In this document: positions 1 to 13,325 of the stretch, piece after piece
How positions within the stretch are numbered: the first letter of the stretch is position 1
How the letters are laid out: each line of letters starts with the position of its first letter
Assembly (NCBI GenBank): GCA_964247055.1
Contig: OZ176050.1
Location: 11,966,001 to 12,030,000, forward strand
Direction: 5' to 3'
Length of the DNA: 64,000 nucleotides
DNA from: Paragordius varius
Lineage: Eukaryota > Animalia > Nematomorpha
The notes under the pieces: model-generated
The model's database searches: none
Seen by the model: only the letters and a program-made list of their open reading frames with translations
What the model was told of the DNA's origin: nothing
Made by a program: the position numbers and the translations under genes

Positions 1-310
1 AATTGCAGTATAGCATTGAAAAGAATATGTATAGGCAAGTTTGGGTTAAAGGCTGCTTAAATACAAAAAAGGAATTCAAAATTCAATAGAAAAGAAAATA
101 CAGCAGAAACAACGTGTCCCAAAATTTTATAATATTTTAATTTAGGAAATTTTTCTACATTTCAAATTGGTTAAAAAAATATACCAAAATAAAATCTAAA
201 GCAAATAAATTAAAATTCAAATAGGCGAAAATTCGTTTATGTCTATTTTAAAAATTCATCGATAAAAAATAACATTAATTTGGTCATAGGGCAATTTTAA
301 AGCACTCTTG

Positions 311-351
311 GGGCCGCATGCGGCCCGCGGGCCGCGGTTTGAGTATCACTG
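311..351. mobile_element. Right terminus of a hAT (Charlie-like) DNA transposon; other end not seen
   Basis: GC-rich island in AT-rich DNA. Its reverse complement reads CAGTGATACTCAAACCGCGGCCCGCGGGCCGCATGCGGCCC, the CAGTG..GGCCCGCGGGCCGCATGCGGCCC terminal pattern of hAT-Charlie elements. Confidence 0.6.
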
Positions 352-1290
352 TTTTAAATGGTAGTAAGTCATTTAAATCAATCGAATGTAAAAGTTATTT
401 GGATTTAAATGGTCGAAATTTTCAATCCTTAAATAAGTCAGGAATTTTCACAGACAAACTAATTTGAAAATCATATAAATTATTTTAATATAATTATTAG
501 GGTTATATTAATATTTAATTTAAAAAATGTTTGAAAAAGCTTTTGGTTTGCTTTTTAAATAAAAATTATTATTATCATAAATATTTTACCTAGTGGATAC
601 TAAAATGCATAGTTATAACTGTAAATTTATTACATAATGGCTATAAAAGATCAAAAATACCTTAAACTTTGTTTTTATCTTTAAAATTTCGAAATTATCA
701 GCCTTATAAAGAAAATAAATTAATATTGATGAGATGGTAATTTTTAAAAAACAAAAAGCTTAAAAATGGTTGTTTTGAGTGACATAAAAGCAATAAAAAA
801 ATGTTTTAATCAAAAAAACTTTCTTGTGTTATCTTTTTTGGACATTCATCACCATCTAAACAAAGTTTGAGCTATTTTCATCCATTAGTTTTAAAAATAT
901 AATAATTAAAAAAATACTCTCGCTTCGCGCGTTTGTCGCTCTTTGTGTCCAATATTAACTGTCGATGTAATACATATTATGCATTTTATAGAGTTTTTAT
1001 TACTCTTTCGAATGATATATTACAAATGGGAATTACTTGTATATTTTCAAAGAAAAATATTTTTTAGTAAAATTTTGATAAAGAGGGCGCATAATCAAAA
1101 AAATCAAATTATACAAAATTCTTCCAACGAGTTATAATTTTTATTTCAGATTTACTGTTAAAATGATACTAAATATCAGAAAATTCAAAAAACTCGAGTG
1201 GCAGAAAAATTTGTTGTCCAGTGTTATTTATATAATTTGTATTTATGGGTGTACTAGCATTATCATAATATATATTATCATTTCTTTGAG

Positions 1291-1812
1291 GAATGACATT
1301 GCTCATAGAATCAGACAAGAATGGGCCAAATTCAATCAATTAAAATAATTTTAACTAATAAAAATATCAAATCGAATCAAAAGATAAAGATTTACAAAAT
1401 GGGAATAAGGCCAGCTATGACATACGCTACAGAAACCTGGGCCCTTACGGCAACAGACCTAAATAAACTTACTAGAGCTGAAAATCACATGCTCAAAATC
1501 TGCAACAATAATTTTGATAATACCATAGAAGAAGATGAACCCATAGCTCTATTCATTCAGCGCAATCGATTGCGATATTCGGACATATTCAACGTATGAA
1601 TTCCGATAACTGGGTACAAAAAATACAACATTTAAATATACCCGGCCCAAACAGAAAAGGCCGCCCTAAACTCTTATGGTCTAAACAGCTGACCCAAGAT
1701 CTATCACAAGTCAATATTGAACACGAACTAGTCTTTGATAGAACATTGTTCAGAAAGTTGGTGCATGGAAACCCCAGATACCCTGGGACCTAAAAAGGGA
1801 TGGATGGATGGA
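1291..1812 (+). mobile_element. 5'-truncated, frameshifted RTE-clade non-LTR retrotransposon (post-RT C-terminal region)
   Basis: Three consecutive ORF pieces read NDIAHRIRQEWAKFNQLK / KIKIYKMGIRPAMTYATETWALT...RNRLRY / IPGPNRKGRPKLLW, the typical RTE C-terminus (Y.CETW, RL.W.GH, GKR.RGRP..RW). It ends in a (GGAT)n tail at about 1797-1812, as RTE elements do. Confidence 0.85.
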
Positions 1813-1819
1813 TATTTTT

Positions 1820-2012
1820 AAAAACTTAAATTATCGATTTCTGAATGATTAAAACTAGATTTTGATTTAAAAGTTGGGATGAATTAAGATAATAGGTTAA
1901 AAATAATAAAATATATTAATGATGCACCGTTTGATTGATCAAAGTCAAAAACAATTTAAAACATTTAAGGACCAACTTGAAGCGTCAAAGACACTCTTGA
2001 AGTGCAAATGTA
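1820..2012 (-). mobile_element. Partial copy of MITE family B (see 48640-49242)
   Basis: Ends AAGGACCAACTTGAAG..CTCTTGAAGTGCAAATGTATA. The interior is the reverse complement of the left interior of the 48640 copy. Confidence 0.7.
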
Positions 2013-2269
2013 TATATTATATTAAACATGTTTGTGTTAATTTATTAATATATTAGACTCTAAAATTATCAAATAACATTCAATTTATTTTTGTTGTGAA
2101 TAATTTTTCTTGCATATAAATGATAACTTGCAAATAAATAAATCATTGGACTGAAAAATATTAATTTTTTATGGCTAAAACATAATTTCCATATTTAATT
2201 GGTGAATAATTAAACATAATATTGTTATCATTGTTAAATGATGAATGGTTTTGAACAAACTCAACTTCG

Positions 2270-5200
2270 TTAATTTGAGCTTAGAGCTTTTATGATTCTT
2301 AGCGTTTCGTTTTCCATTAAAAGTGAAGACGTTTCTTTACTACTATCTTCACAGCTTGTGGTGATTAAAAGTGAAATATTTTTAATATCGCATTTTTCCC
2401 TATTGGCAAGTTTAAAGGATCTAATCTTATTCACGATATCTAATATGGTGTTCATTTGCTCTTGAATTAATACCCTGTTGTTAACATTAGACATTAAAGC
2501 ATTGGAAGCAAACTCATTTATTGTAGGGAAGGGCATGGTAGAAAGCAAATTAGCCGAAAAATTCCGCGAATTTGTTGTTTTAATATCATCAATTTTTTCG
2601 CTCATAAGGTTGTTATTCAAAAATGTATGCTTATTACAAAGGGAATTGTAATAAATCCAAAGAGCCTCACTTAGATGTGGCATATACGGGTATAATAACC
2701 TTAATCCAAAATTAAAGCAAAGTGCCAAGGTTTGTAGGCAAGAAAGTTGTAAATGTTTACCACCTAAGAAATAAATAAACACAAATATTAAAAATCACCA
2801 AAATAATTGGAAATATGTATAATTTGAAAATGTAATTAAAAGAGATATTTCAATGTTATCTTAAACAATAATGTTATTAAAATTGTTTAGTTCCTTTTTC
2901 TTTCATTACATATAATTTGATAAAGGTCGTAAACAACAATTCATGTTCAAATATTTTAAAGACCTATATTTATTAAACCGAATTTTTATACATTAACTAT
3001 TCATAATATTGGAGTATTTACCCGAGTCGGTTAAAAAATTTAAATCTCTATTACCCATTTTGCAACTCAAAACGATGTGTTTTTTAAAAAATCAAGGTTT
3101 ATTTATGTTTGCATTTAAATATATTTGTCTTTTAGTTTTTCTTTTTGTATGTCTACCGTAAACAATATTAAATGATGTTAAAATTGTTACTTACTTTCTT
3201 GATTAGATTGAAACAGATATTTAGTGGATTCAATGTAAACGTCACAAAAATGTTTGAGCCAAAAGTCATGTAATGCATTGCAAGCTAAATGAAAATCGTA
3301 TTTTTCAATTTTTTCATTTGGTGATGTATCTTCAGTATTTTTTGGTTTTGATGAGGGCGAGATTGGTAAAACATGGTTACACACATTAATGAGATGGTAT
3401 AATTTAGATAAAATCCATTTATCTTCAAAATTTATCGTCGCCACTTGATTGTTTGTCACTAAAATATAGATCAATCAAAAGTTAAATACAGTAAAAATAA
3501 AATTATAAAGATATAGGGCCTGCTGAATAAAAGCTAGTATATACTAAAAACTAGGTTTTTTCTAGTATATACTAGCTATGTATTGAATAAAAAAATATAT
3601 TGCTTTTACTATCCAGTACGTACTATGTTTACCAGTATTTACTGACAAATATCATTGAATAAAAATTGTCTTTTTACAAATTTTACCTAGTACTTACTGG
3701 TTTTTTTTAAGCTGGTAAATGGCAACATTTTAAATTACTATTTTTTCACTTAAAATAATATCGGTTATATTTTTATAAAATTTCTAAGATAAATGTTTTT
3801 ATAAATTACATGATTCATAATATATATATATATATATATATAAACTTATTAATATATTAATTAAATATTATTTGTTTTATTATTAATAATTTTTTTCCTT
3901 CTCTATTTTAAGCTTTGTCAGTTCAATTTGCAGAGATTATTACTTTTGTTAAAAAATATTGGTTTTTTTCAAGGTCCACAATCATATCATTTTCTTCGAT
4001 TATGCCATTTTTGTGTAAAATATTTGAGTTTATATACTTTATAATGACCTTAATTTTATTTTATAAACATTTAAATTTTATATATTTAAGTGAATATTTT
4101 TGAATGAAGCTATTTTCTATATAAAAAACCACCGATTTATTCAAATTCGAGTTATGACTAAGATAAAATGACCTTTTCATATTTTGGTTAAAAATTTAAT
4201 ATATCTTTAAGGAAATTAACTCCCAGGATGCAAATGAAGGTATATATAATATCATAAATCTAGATTTTGTGTTAAGATTTCTTGGAGATCCGGGATATCA
4301 AGGGGGTATAGGACATGATTTTAATGTTCATAGTTCCACAATATGCAAAACTATACCTAAAGTCATGGACGAAATAGTATAAAATCTCATCAATGGATAA
4401 AATTTCCGAGGTCATTTAAAGATCTTAATATGGCGAATAAATTATGGCTATCCAAATAAAATGCCAACTGCTATTGGTTGCATTGATTGTTCATACTTTG
4501 AAATATTAAGACCTAAAGAAAATGTTGAGGCCTATGTAAATAGAAAGGGTCGATGTACCCTCAATGTACAAATTACATGTACCAATGAAGAAATTACATC
4601 CGTGGATGCATAATGGGATATGGCGAAACACGATTGTTCAGTCATATCTGTGCAAACAAAATGATTTATTCTGTTTGTTAGGTGATTATGGATATCCACT
4701 ATTCTATCATCCTGGCTCCAAACACCCTCTAAAAATACGATGATCGATAACGAGAAAAAATTCAATAAATTACATTGTTCTGAAAGAAGCATTATCGAGC
4801 GCAGGTTTTCGGTCAGATGAAGACCCGATTTCCTATACTTGGTAACGAAATTCGTTTAAGTCTAGAACGAATCCCAAAACTTATATTAACATGTTCCATA
4901 TTACATAATGTATCCAAATATATTAACGAACCCTTAACAGATTTTGATAGTAATTCATATTTTGATATTGAATATGTGGAGGATTGTGAAACAAATATTG
5001 ATCTAACCCAAATACTCAAGGCTGGCAAAATGTAACGAGATTCAATTTTTCAAACATTATTTTGATTTATTTTTTGTGTATTTATGAATAAATGTGTATT
5101 AATAAATGCATTATTTAAAAATATGGGTAGATAATCGATATTTATTTTCCAAAAGTTAGACTTTCTAATTTTCATTATGAATTTTTCAAACGCATTTTAT

Positions 5201-8200
5201 GAATAAAATCGAAAACTAACAAAAAACAAAATGAAAATAAACATTTTACACATACTAAAGACTTAAGTACGTACATGATAGTAAGTACCTATTTTTATTC
5301 AATGTTTTTTCAAAAACTGGTACATACTATCAAGCACCTACTACCCAGTAGGTGCTTGTTTTTATTCAGCAAGCCCATAATATAAAAAAAAAGACTTATA
5401 TTTTTGTAAATTAAACAATAAATTTGTTACTTAATTTATTTTAATAATTAAAATGATTAGAATTGTGAAATGTTTAACTTTGAGTGTTACCAATTTACAT
5501 CTCTATGTCCAAGGCCAATGGCCTTAATTGTATAGGTTGACCTCAAAGTTTGCCAAGAATATGTGACTTCGGTAGAGTTTAAAATTTTTAATCAGCTTTA
5601 TTTCCTTTTTAAAGGCAACTTAAAAAGAAAAAAATATCTAAAATGAATGAAAAAATGTTACCTTTAAACGTAGATGGTAAAACAATTTTATCGCATTGCA
5701 TGACAAAATAACGATAAGCTTGCCATATTTTGTTACCAAATCTTCGATATTCATCCATGCGATCAACATTCACTTTTATGGTTTGTGCTGTGCAATATAA
5801 AAAATATATAGAGGTGAGATTTGTTTTCATTTAATTTAATAAATAGTATACCAAAACCTTTTATAAAGATTAAATTGCATATTTTAATACCATGAATATG
5901 CTGATAATAAAAAACTCGAATGATATCAAAAAGATCAATTAATAATCATATCAATATTATACAGCAAACGGCTTTTTGATCACTTCTTTCAGAAATTGAT
6001 ATGATATATATTTTAAGAATCTGCAAAATTCATTATTGTCGGTAACGTTTTGTGGAACTTTAATTGTTTGGATAAATTTTATTTGAAATCTTGGTTATTT
6101 TATAAGACATAATAAAAATTTAATATAAAAATTGAGCCAGAATCTTCAAATCACACCGTTAAAATATGTAAACAACATACCTTTACAATCGTTATGCAGC
6201 AAAGCAAAACGTAAAGCATCACTTCCGCATGCCGGAATGCCATATGGAAATAGTTTCTTTTGATTTTTCAAACCCAAAATTCTTTCTCGATCATCAATTA
6301 CAACCTCTAAGGGTAAAAAAATTAATTTGGTAATAAATATTGTAAAAATTAACTTTTTTCCCTGAAATATTTTAAATGTTTATAAAATTATCTACTTTGG
6401 GTTAAAATTAAATACTTTGGTAAAATTTATGTGAAAGTATAACATTTTGAAATAAAATTATTATTTGGAAAATGTTAAATTTTCTAAAACATTTTAGAGA
6501 GCAGAGTGAATAAGTTTTGTGTTATTATAAAATAGTACAATCCACTTTTTCTATATATATAAAAAGTTAAACAAAAAATTGTACCGTTTATGAGTTTGTT
6601 TTTAAGGTCATTTAGCGTAGCACCATGTATAACATCCAAAGGATCTATCACATTCCCTAGTGATTTGCTCATCTTTCGACCTTGTCCATCATTCACTATG
6701 CCGTGAAAAAGGATCTAACCAAAAAAAAAATTTAAATAATATTTTTTATCTTAAAATAATGGTATAAACTTTGAAAAGTTAAAATGGAAAAGTAAGATTA
6801 GAGATAAAAAAATATATTGCTATTAAAAAAACAAATTAGAGGTTGTCAAAAATTGACATTTTTTATAATTAGTAAAATAATATAAGCAACAAATATTCTC
6901 ATTTTACATGTTATAATTTTATATAGATTTAATTAACGCACAAACATGTATCATTAATAATATTAAATTAAAACTGTCCGACTTTGAAACATAAACTAAT
7001 CAAAAGAAACCAATCAATCTTTAATTCAAGCGAAAAAAAACATGACAAGTATTATATACGTATATACCTCATTAAATGGCAACTGGTCTGTTAATTGATG
7101 CCCCAATAACAACATTCGAGCGACCCAAAGGTATCGAATATCAAATCCCGTTTCCATTAACGATAAAGGATAAGGGTATTTATAAAAGTTCTGTTTAGTT
7201 TTAACTCCTGTTTGCAAACTATCACCCGCAAATGTTTGGGCTAAAGCTAATGGATAAAGCGCTGAAGAAAACCATGTATCAAAAACATCACAATCTTGTT
7301 CCAATAAAATAGATTGGGAGGATTGGGTAGGGTTAAAATCATTTAAATAAATATTATCTCTAATTTCAAGTAACAAAGTTTGAAGTTTGGTTCGAGCATC
7401 TTTCAAATCATTTGCAATGATGTATGATGATTGTGTCTTGTATGTATCGTTTGAAAGGTGAAGCGCTTTGATAAATGGATGAGGTGTTATACAATCTTTA
7501 ATGTATTGTTTAAGTAGGTTGACAATCATTTCGCCTAGATTGCATAAGAAAATTGGGATAAATAATTTAAATATAAAGAATTACAAATGGAGTATTAACC
7601 CTTTTTTTGTTAATCGAGGAAGCTATTTATGATTTAAATTTAATAGTATGCGCAGAAACAATTGAAAAGAAAAATACCGATATATTATAGCAATTAAGAA
7701 ATTATTTTGATTGCAACAAAATATTATCAAAATTTATATATACAAGTAAAAGATATATACACAAAACTTAAAACTAAAAAACATTTTTTTTTTAATAAAA
7801 TGACAACCATATTTTTTAATTATAATCGTTTTGGGTTTCGAAATGAAGATTCGAAATGTTTAATTATATTTTTAAGATTGTTGAATAATTTTAAAAAAAT
7901 CAAGGTTTAAAAAGTATGTTGTTTTTTTATAAAAATATTGTCGTTAATTTTATGTTACATCTTATGTAAATTTTTTAGGTGTTTTTAGCAGATTAATTTA
8001 TTGATTTATTAAACTAGAGAACTATTGGGCAATGAAACCATTATTTGAGGTTATCATCTTCTTATTAAAATATAATTATGTGAATTTTGAATAAAATTTA
8101 TAGTTTTAGATTAATATCTGAACCTTTTATAGCAAAAGCTGGTATTTGGTGACCCCACCATATTTGTCGGGATAGACACCAATCCTGTGCATTATCTAAC

Positions 8201-11200
8201 CAATCAATTAAGTTGTCCAACGAATATAATCTAACATTGTGCACATATAATTTTATAAAATGTTTTTTTATGATAAATGCTTTGAAAACTACAAGTTTAT
8301 CATACCTTATATATTTTCAGTATATATATTTTTAAAAACGTATTCATTGTTAAAATACAAAATAAATTTCCAGAATTTTTTTTAAAAACATATTTTAAAT
8401 AAAATTGTAATTATATTTGTAATAATATTCAAAGAAATACTTTGAATCTTGCGGGTAAGATGTAAATCTCCGGCTTTTACATTCATCTTTTAATTTGGTG
8501 ATCAAGCGTTGAGACATAGACCCCGAACATGATAAATACCATTGCGGTTTTTGCAAAGTTTCTAAGACATCACCAGATCGTTGACATAACAACACTGTGG
8601 TCGGGTAATTATAAAAACCTTGCCAATACTTACCCCCTTCGACACTATTGAGATTTGCATAAAAAATGAAATATAAATTGCAAGAGCTTCAATAATTGAA
8701 ATAATTAAACGGTTGTTTCACTCATAACACTGATCAACAAGGTTTTGCACCACCCCATTATTTTTGCATTTTCTGATACCTAATGGCATGGATAGGCCAA
8801 AGCAAAAAAGAAAATTGAGGCCACCAATAGGATTTTTCCAAAATTTAATTTTTAAATTTGTATTTAATTCAAAAATAACAATCATTCCTCGTGAGCATAT
8901 GTTTAAATATTCAAAGAAGCAAGTCGATACAAGTAATATCCATGCATGGATAACAAATTCTAGGCATTAAATAAGATACTAAACAAGATAAGAGCCAAAG
9001 TATAAAAAATCTAAAAGGGGCTTATGTATAGTGTGATAGATATGGGCGGCTGCACAAGCTCTGCATATCCCCCAAGCGATCATATAATTATGCCAGATAT
9101 GGCAAAGATAACTAATCGTAAAGCCTGATAAGAGAGACTTTCAAGCAAGATTCATGCAAATTGACATGTCAAATTAACCAATTGACAGAATAAAGTTAGA
9201 TAAATTCTACAATTAAATTGAATATAAATTAGGTAAATACAAATGGTCCAACCCCATAACAGTAAATTCTACTAAAAGTGGCTAAACAACATCCATCTGA
9301 AATTCAAAATCCAAAACAACCAATAATTTTAAAAAAATAAGGTATATCCACTAGGTATAAATAAAGAATTTTTTATAAGAACCAACTCAAGAGAAAAAGT
9401 CTAATAAGTACTCGAAACGAAAACTAACAAATAAATATAGCCTATCTGAAAGCCGAATGTTTAAACCAAAGAATGCCTCTTTTAGTATTTTTTAAAAAAA
9501 ATTTTATATGTGTTAAAAATTTACTTGAAAAAAAAGATTAAATTTTGACGTTTAAGTCCGTACTATTTTTTTCTCTCTGATATTTATGACATATTTATAT
9601 TCAAAAGATAGAGTTTAAAACGCTTTATTAAATGATATTAAGTTTATAATATAATAACATTATAAAGTTATATTTAATTTTCTCTCGATTTTCACTTGTT
9701 TTTGAAAAATTGAAAAACTTATAAAATTTCAAAATTCTGATTGGCGGGATCAAAATTTTTTCAAATTCGGTTTTAAAACACTGAAATTAGTCATAATTTA
9801 AAAAGTTTGAGTGGTGGTGCTTAAAAATGTCCAAATTTGTCGACTAGTATAATGAAACCCTTAGATTTTTTACTAAAAGCGCGTATATTGATTTTCGCAT
9901 ACCTTTTAAACAAACCAAATAGTAAAACAAAAATAATAATAATAAAATTTAATATTTTTAACAAAGTTTCCCAAAACAATTATTAAAAACCAATAAGTTT
10001 AAACATGAATTATTTATTTTTAATGAGGTTATGTCGAATAATGGGCTATGTTTTTTTACACACACAGGCGAGGAAATAATAAGGGTATACTGCAAAATAC
10101 ATATATTATTACTTTTCATATATAAAATAAATAAACTAAAATTATGTCAATAACAATTAACAAACTACTATACACAATCATACCTATTAAATCCCCACTG
10201 CATAAAAAAATACTCAAAACAGCCTTATCAATTCGTAAAATGGCAAAAGTTAAAATGGTAAAAAAATTAATAATATATAAGATAAACTACCCATATAAAT
10301 ATTCTATAATCTTTTCACGAGCATGGAAACGGTCTAAACCCGCTCCAAAATTTCCGTCTTTTATGGTTCCATCATTGTTCATTATACCGCATCCTGTTGA
10401 ATTTATGTTTTGAGGGGTATTCTTCAAAAAACCATTAGCTTTGAGATTTTGATAATCTTTACTATTCAAGAAACTTTGATAGATTTCGTAATCTAATGGG
10501 TCATGATCTGGTGATATTTTAACCACGCCTAAAGCAAAAAAATATTGATTGGAAAAATATATAAAACGAAAAATAGGAGTATTTGAAAAATTGTTTGAAT
10601 TATTAGAAATAAAACTTTGCAATGAATAAATTGAAATTTTAAAAATGCAATATGCTACATATATAAATTTATAATTCTGGTAATTTTCGTGAAGATATAA
10701 AAGTATTAAGTTTTAATTATAAATAGACTACGTTTTCTCCTGGTGTAGAAAATATGAAAAAACTGGAAATTCGGCATAAAATTTAAATTATGTATCTTGA
10801 CATTAAAAAACATAATTATAAATTAATTTAAAAACGAAAAAAGAAATGGGTTTTATCGATTCCAAATATACAAGACTTATAAAATTTACTTAAAAAATAT
10901 TTAATTTTTCAATTAATAAAATTAAAGTTATGAGTAATTTGTTCCCACAAAATTTAATCAGAATCTCTTCATATTTTTTTCGCAGATCTTTTTGTTTATT
11001 GATAGTCATTTATAAAACACGCTAAAAAGGTAATATTACCTGATCCTTTGGCAGGATCTACCCTGTCATCAAAAATGATTGGAAGCAAGATTAATTTGTT
11101 GTAGTAAGCAGATAAAGGATGTATAACAAATGTATTTTGTAGCTCGCTTACTGAATATCGTTCATCATAAGGATTTATGGCCAAGGCCATATCATTGGGC

Positions 11201-11638
11201 AAAGTTTCGGGTCGCGTTGTATGAACGCTTAAAAAGGTAACTGGATGCTTTTTCAGTTTTGAGTTATAATACTCATTCATATTGGTATATGGTTGATAAT
11301 GTTGATATTGATAGAGGGGATATCGTATTTCCCACATATACCCAAATGGGATGGATCTTTTTTCAACTACACAAAAAAGGGGCTTAAGACAAAGATACAT
11401 TCAATTTAAAAATGGAAAGATTCATTATGCATTTAAAAATATTAGAAAAAAAATGGCAAATGCATTGTTTTCGATATAAAAAAGGAATAAAAAAAAGTTT
11501 AATCAATAAAAGTTTATGATGTAATAAAATAATGATATATTTTATAAGGTGCTTTCAGGCCATATCTATGATATAAACCGACAAATCCCAATTTTCTCCA
11601 AAACATAATCCTGAAAAGCCCTTGTAAAGCATTACATA

Positions 11639-11675
<37 letters not shown>

Positions 11676-13274
11676 CTATCATCTTTATTTATATATAAAT
11701 TATTTTTCGTGTCAAAAAATACCTGTTATAAGGTATAATACATCTATACCTTAAATTTTTCAAAAAATTTAATTTATTACCGTAAATCATAATTTGTGCG
11801 TTGTTTATTTGCTTTCATCATGGTAAGAAATAAAAATCACCTTTATATGATTTAGAGGTACTATGGATATCATTCTTTTTGAACTCATTCCCGGACTGTG
11901 TCATGATTGGTATGTTAAAATAAGTTGGTGAGGCGTCCACTTTAATTCGCGTCGTTTCCAAATCCGAAACGGCCGTTTGAAGAAAAGGACTCCAATTAAC
12001 AAAACGATTAGCTCGATAAATTAGCCTTTTTTCATCATCCAGTTGATTATTTAATCGATTAAAGGCTTGAATAACAGTACGTTTAAAGTTGTCATCTAGC
12101 GTATAGGGATAATCTGAACCGGCATACACATTTTTATTATGGTTGCTGTGAATCATCGTTGATGTAGTCACGACGTTTGATTTTTTGGGCCAATCTAGGA
12201 ATAAACCCAATTGCGATAATTGGTTAGATATTTCCGCGCATTTACGTTCTTTCCATGCCTCACAGTGTTGGATAAAACGGTGACGACCCAAACTTATTCG
12301 ATTGTTTCCAATATTATTTTTGTCATCAATTACATCATGCAAAAAAGCATTTGGTGAACTATTAGCAGCAGAGGATTGTAGCGACTGACTAGAAGATTTT
12401 TGAGGTGAGATATCATTACTAGAATCGTTCCTTAAAGTAAATTTGGATGTTTGATTCAAATATTGCTCCACTTTAACTTCCGTGGCTATGCCAGCATGAT
12501 CAAAACCAGGGACCCAGTGAACTTTGAACCTAAAATCACATATATTTTTGTTACAATAGGTTTTTTAACACAAAATAATATTACTTATTTCAATTAATTC
12601 CATTACTAAATTAACGGTATTATATTTTTGTTTCCTTATTTTAGCAAATTATATAAGGACATAAATTTAGTTTTTTAGCTAAAAATGGGAGATCAAATTA
12701 ATAATCAAATAAAGAATAAGAAAAGGTAACGAATAAAAAATGAATTAAATATTTAACCATTACAATCTATCTATTCAAATTTACCATGTCTCTTATATTA
12801 CATATTTTTTTATCCCTCAGTTTTACTTAACTTATATTTGAAGACATTTATATTTTTTATTATTTTTTTAGTGTAGGCACTCATATACCCCTGCATAAGT
12901 CTTATCCGCACAATAGTGTCTTGAATGTAAGCAGTCAAAGCATGTCCCAAATGTAAATTCCCTGTAATATTTACGGGTGGGAAACATAATATGTATGGCG
13001 CATCCGTTTTAGTTTTTTGCTCTTTTGAAACATTTTGATCACAGCTTTCCGCTAAATTACCAAATTTGTCATTTATAATAGTGTTGGTTTCGTAATAGGT
13101 TGAATTGTTATTGAAATAATAGTTTTGCCACATCTGACGTATTATCGGTTCGATATTTTGCGGTTTGTAAGCCCGATCAATGGTTGGGGGTAGAGTACTT
13201 AAAAATGTAAGCGATGTTTGACAATTAGCTCCTATATTTGTAAAAAGGCGAGACGGTACTGTTTTATACAACAT
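2270..13274 (-). CDS. VARS2: Valyl-tRNA synthetase, probably mitochondrial (VARS2-like); 12 exons, about 1185 aa
   Basis: Exons 13274-12889, 12529-11841, 11366-11040, 10528-10291, 8644-8441, 8230-8124, 7534-7068, 6714-6585, 6306-6181, 5787-5662, 3458-3195, 2763-2270. All introns are GT-AG and phase-compatible; total 3558 nt. Motifs: [15 protein letters not shown] (HIGH), [64 protein letters not shown]. The N-terminus ([12 protein letters not shown]..) is presequence-like and has no GST-like domain, so the mitochondrial call is inferred. Confidence 0.93.
3516..5376 (+). mobile_element. PIF/Harbinger DNA transposon with a decayed DDE transposase, in ValRS intron 10
   Basis: TIRs GGGC(C/T)TGCTGAATAAAA at 3516 and 5376, with 3-bp duplication ATA on both sides. 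Broken frames give [58 protein letters not shown] and [21 protein letters not shown], which are HARBI1/DDE_Tnp_4-type motifs. Confidence 0.9.
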
Positions 13275-13325
13275 TTAGTGATCGATTAATCAAAAATTAT
13301 CAAAACCGGGAGTATAGAAAGTTGA

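Noticed and set aside
8770-9330. Slightly GC-richer, coding-looking stretch in ValRS intron 4
   Set aside because: All frames are interrupted and I recognise no motif; possibly a very old retroelement or viral relic, worth a TBLASTX.
9740-9850. Tc1-like end (AATTTGTCGACTAGTATA); a similar hint at about 30772 (ACACGCTTGCCAAAAAGT)
   Set aside because: No partner TIR was found and the matches are too short to support a feature.
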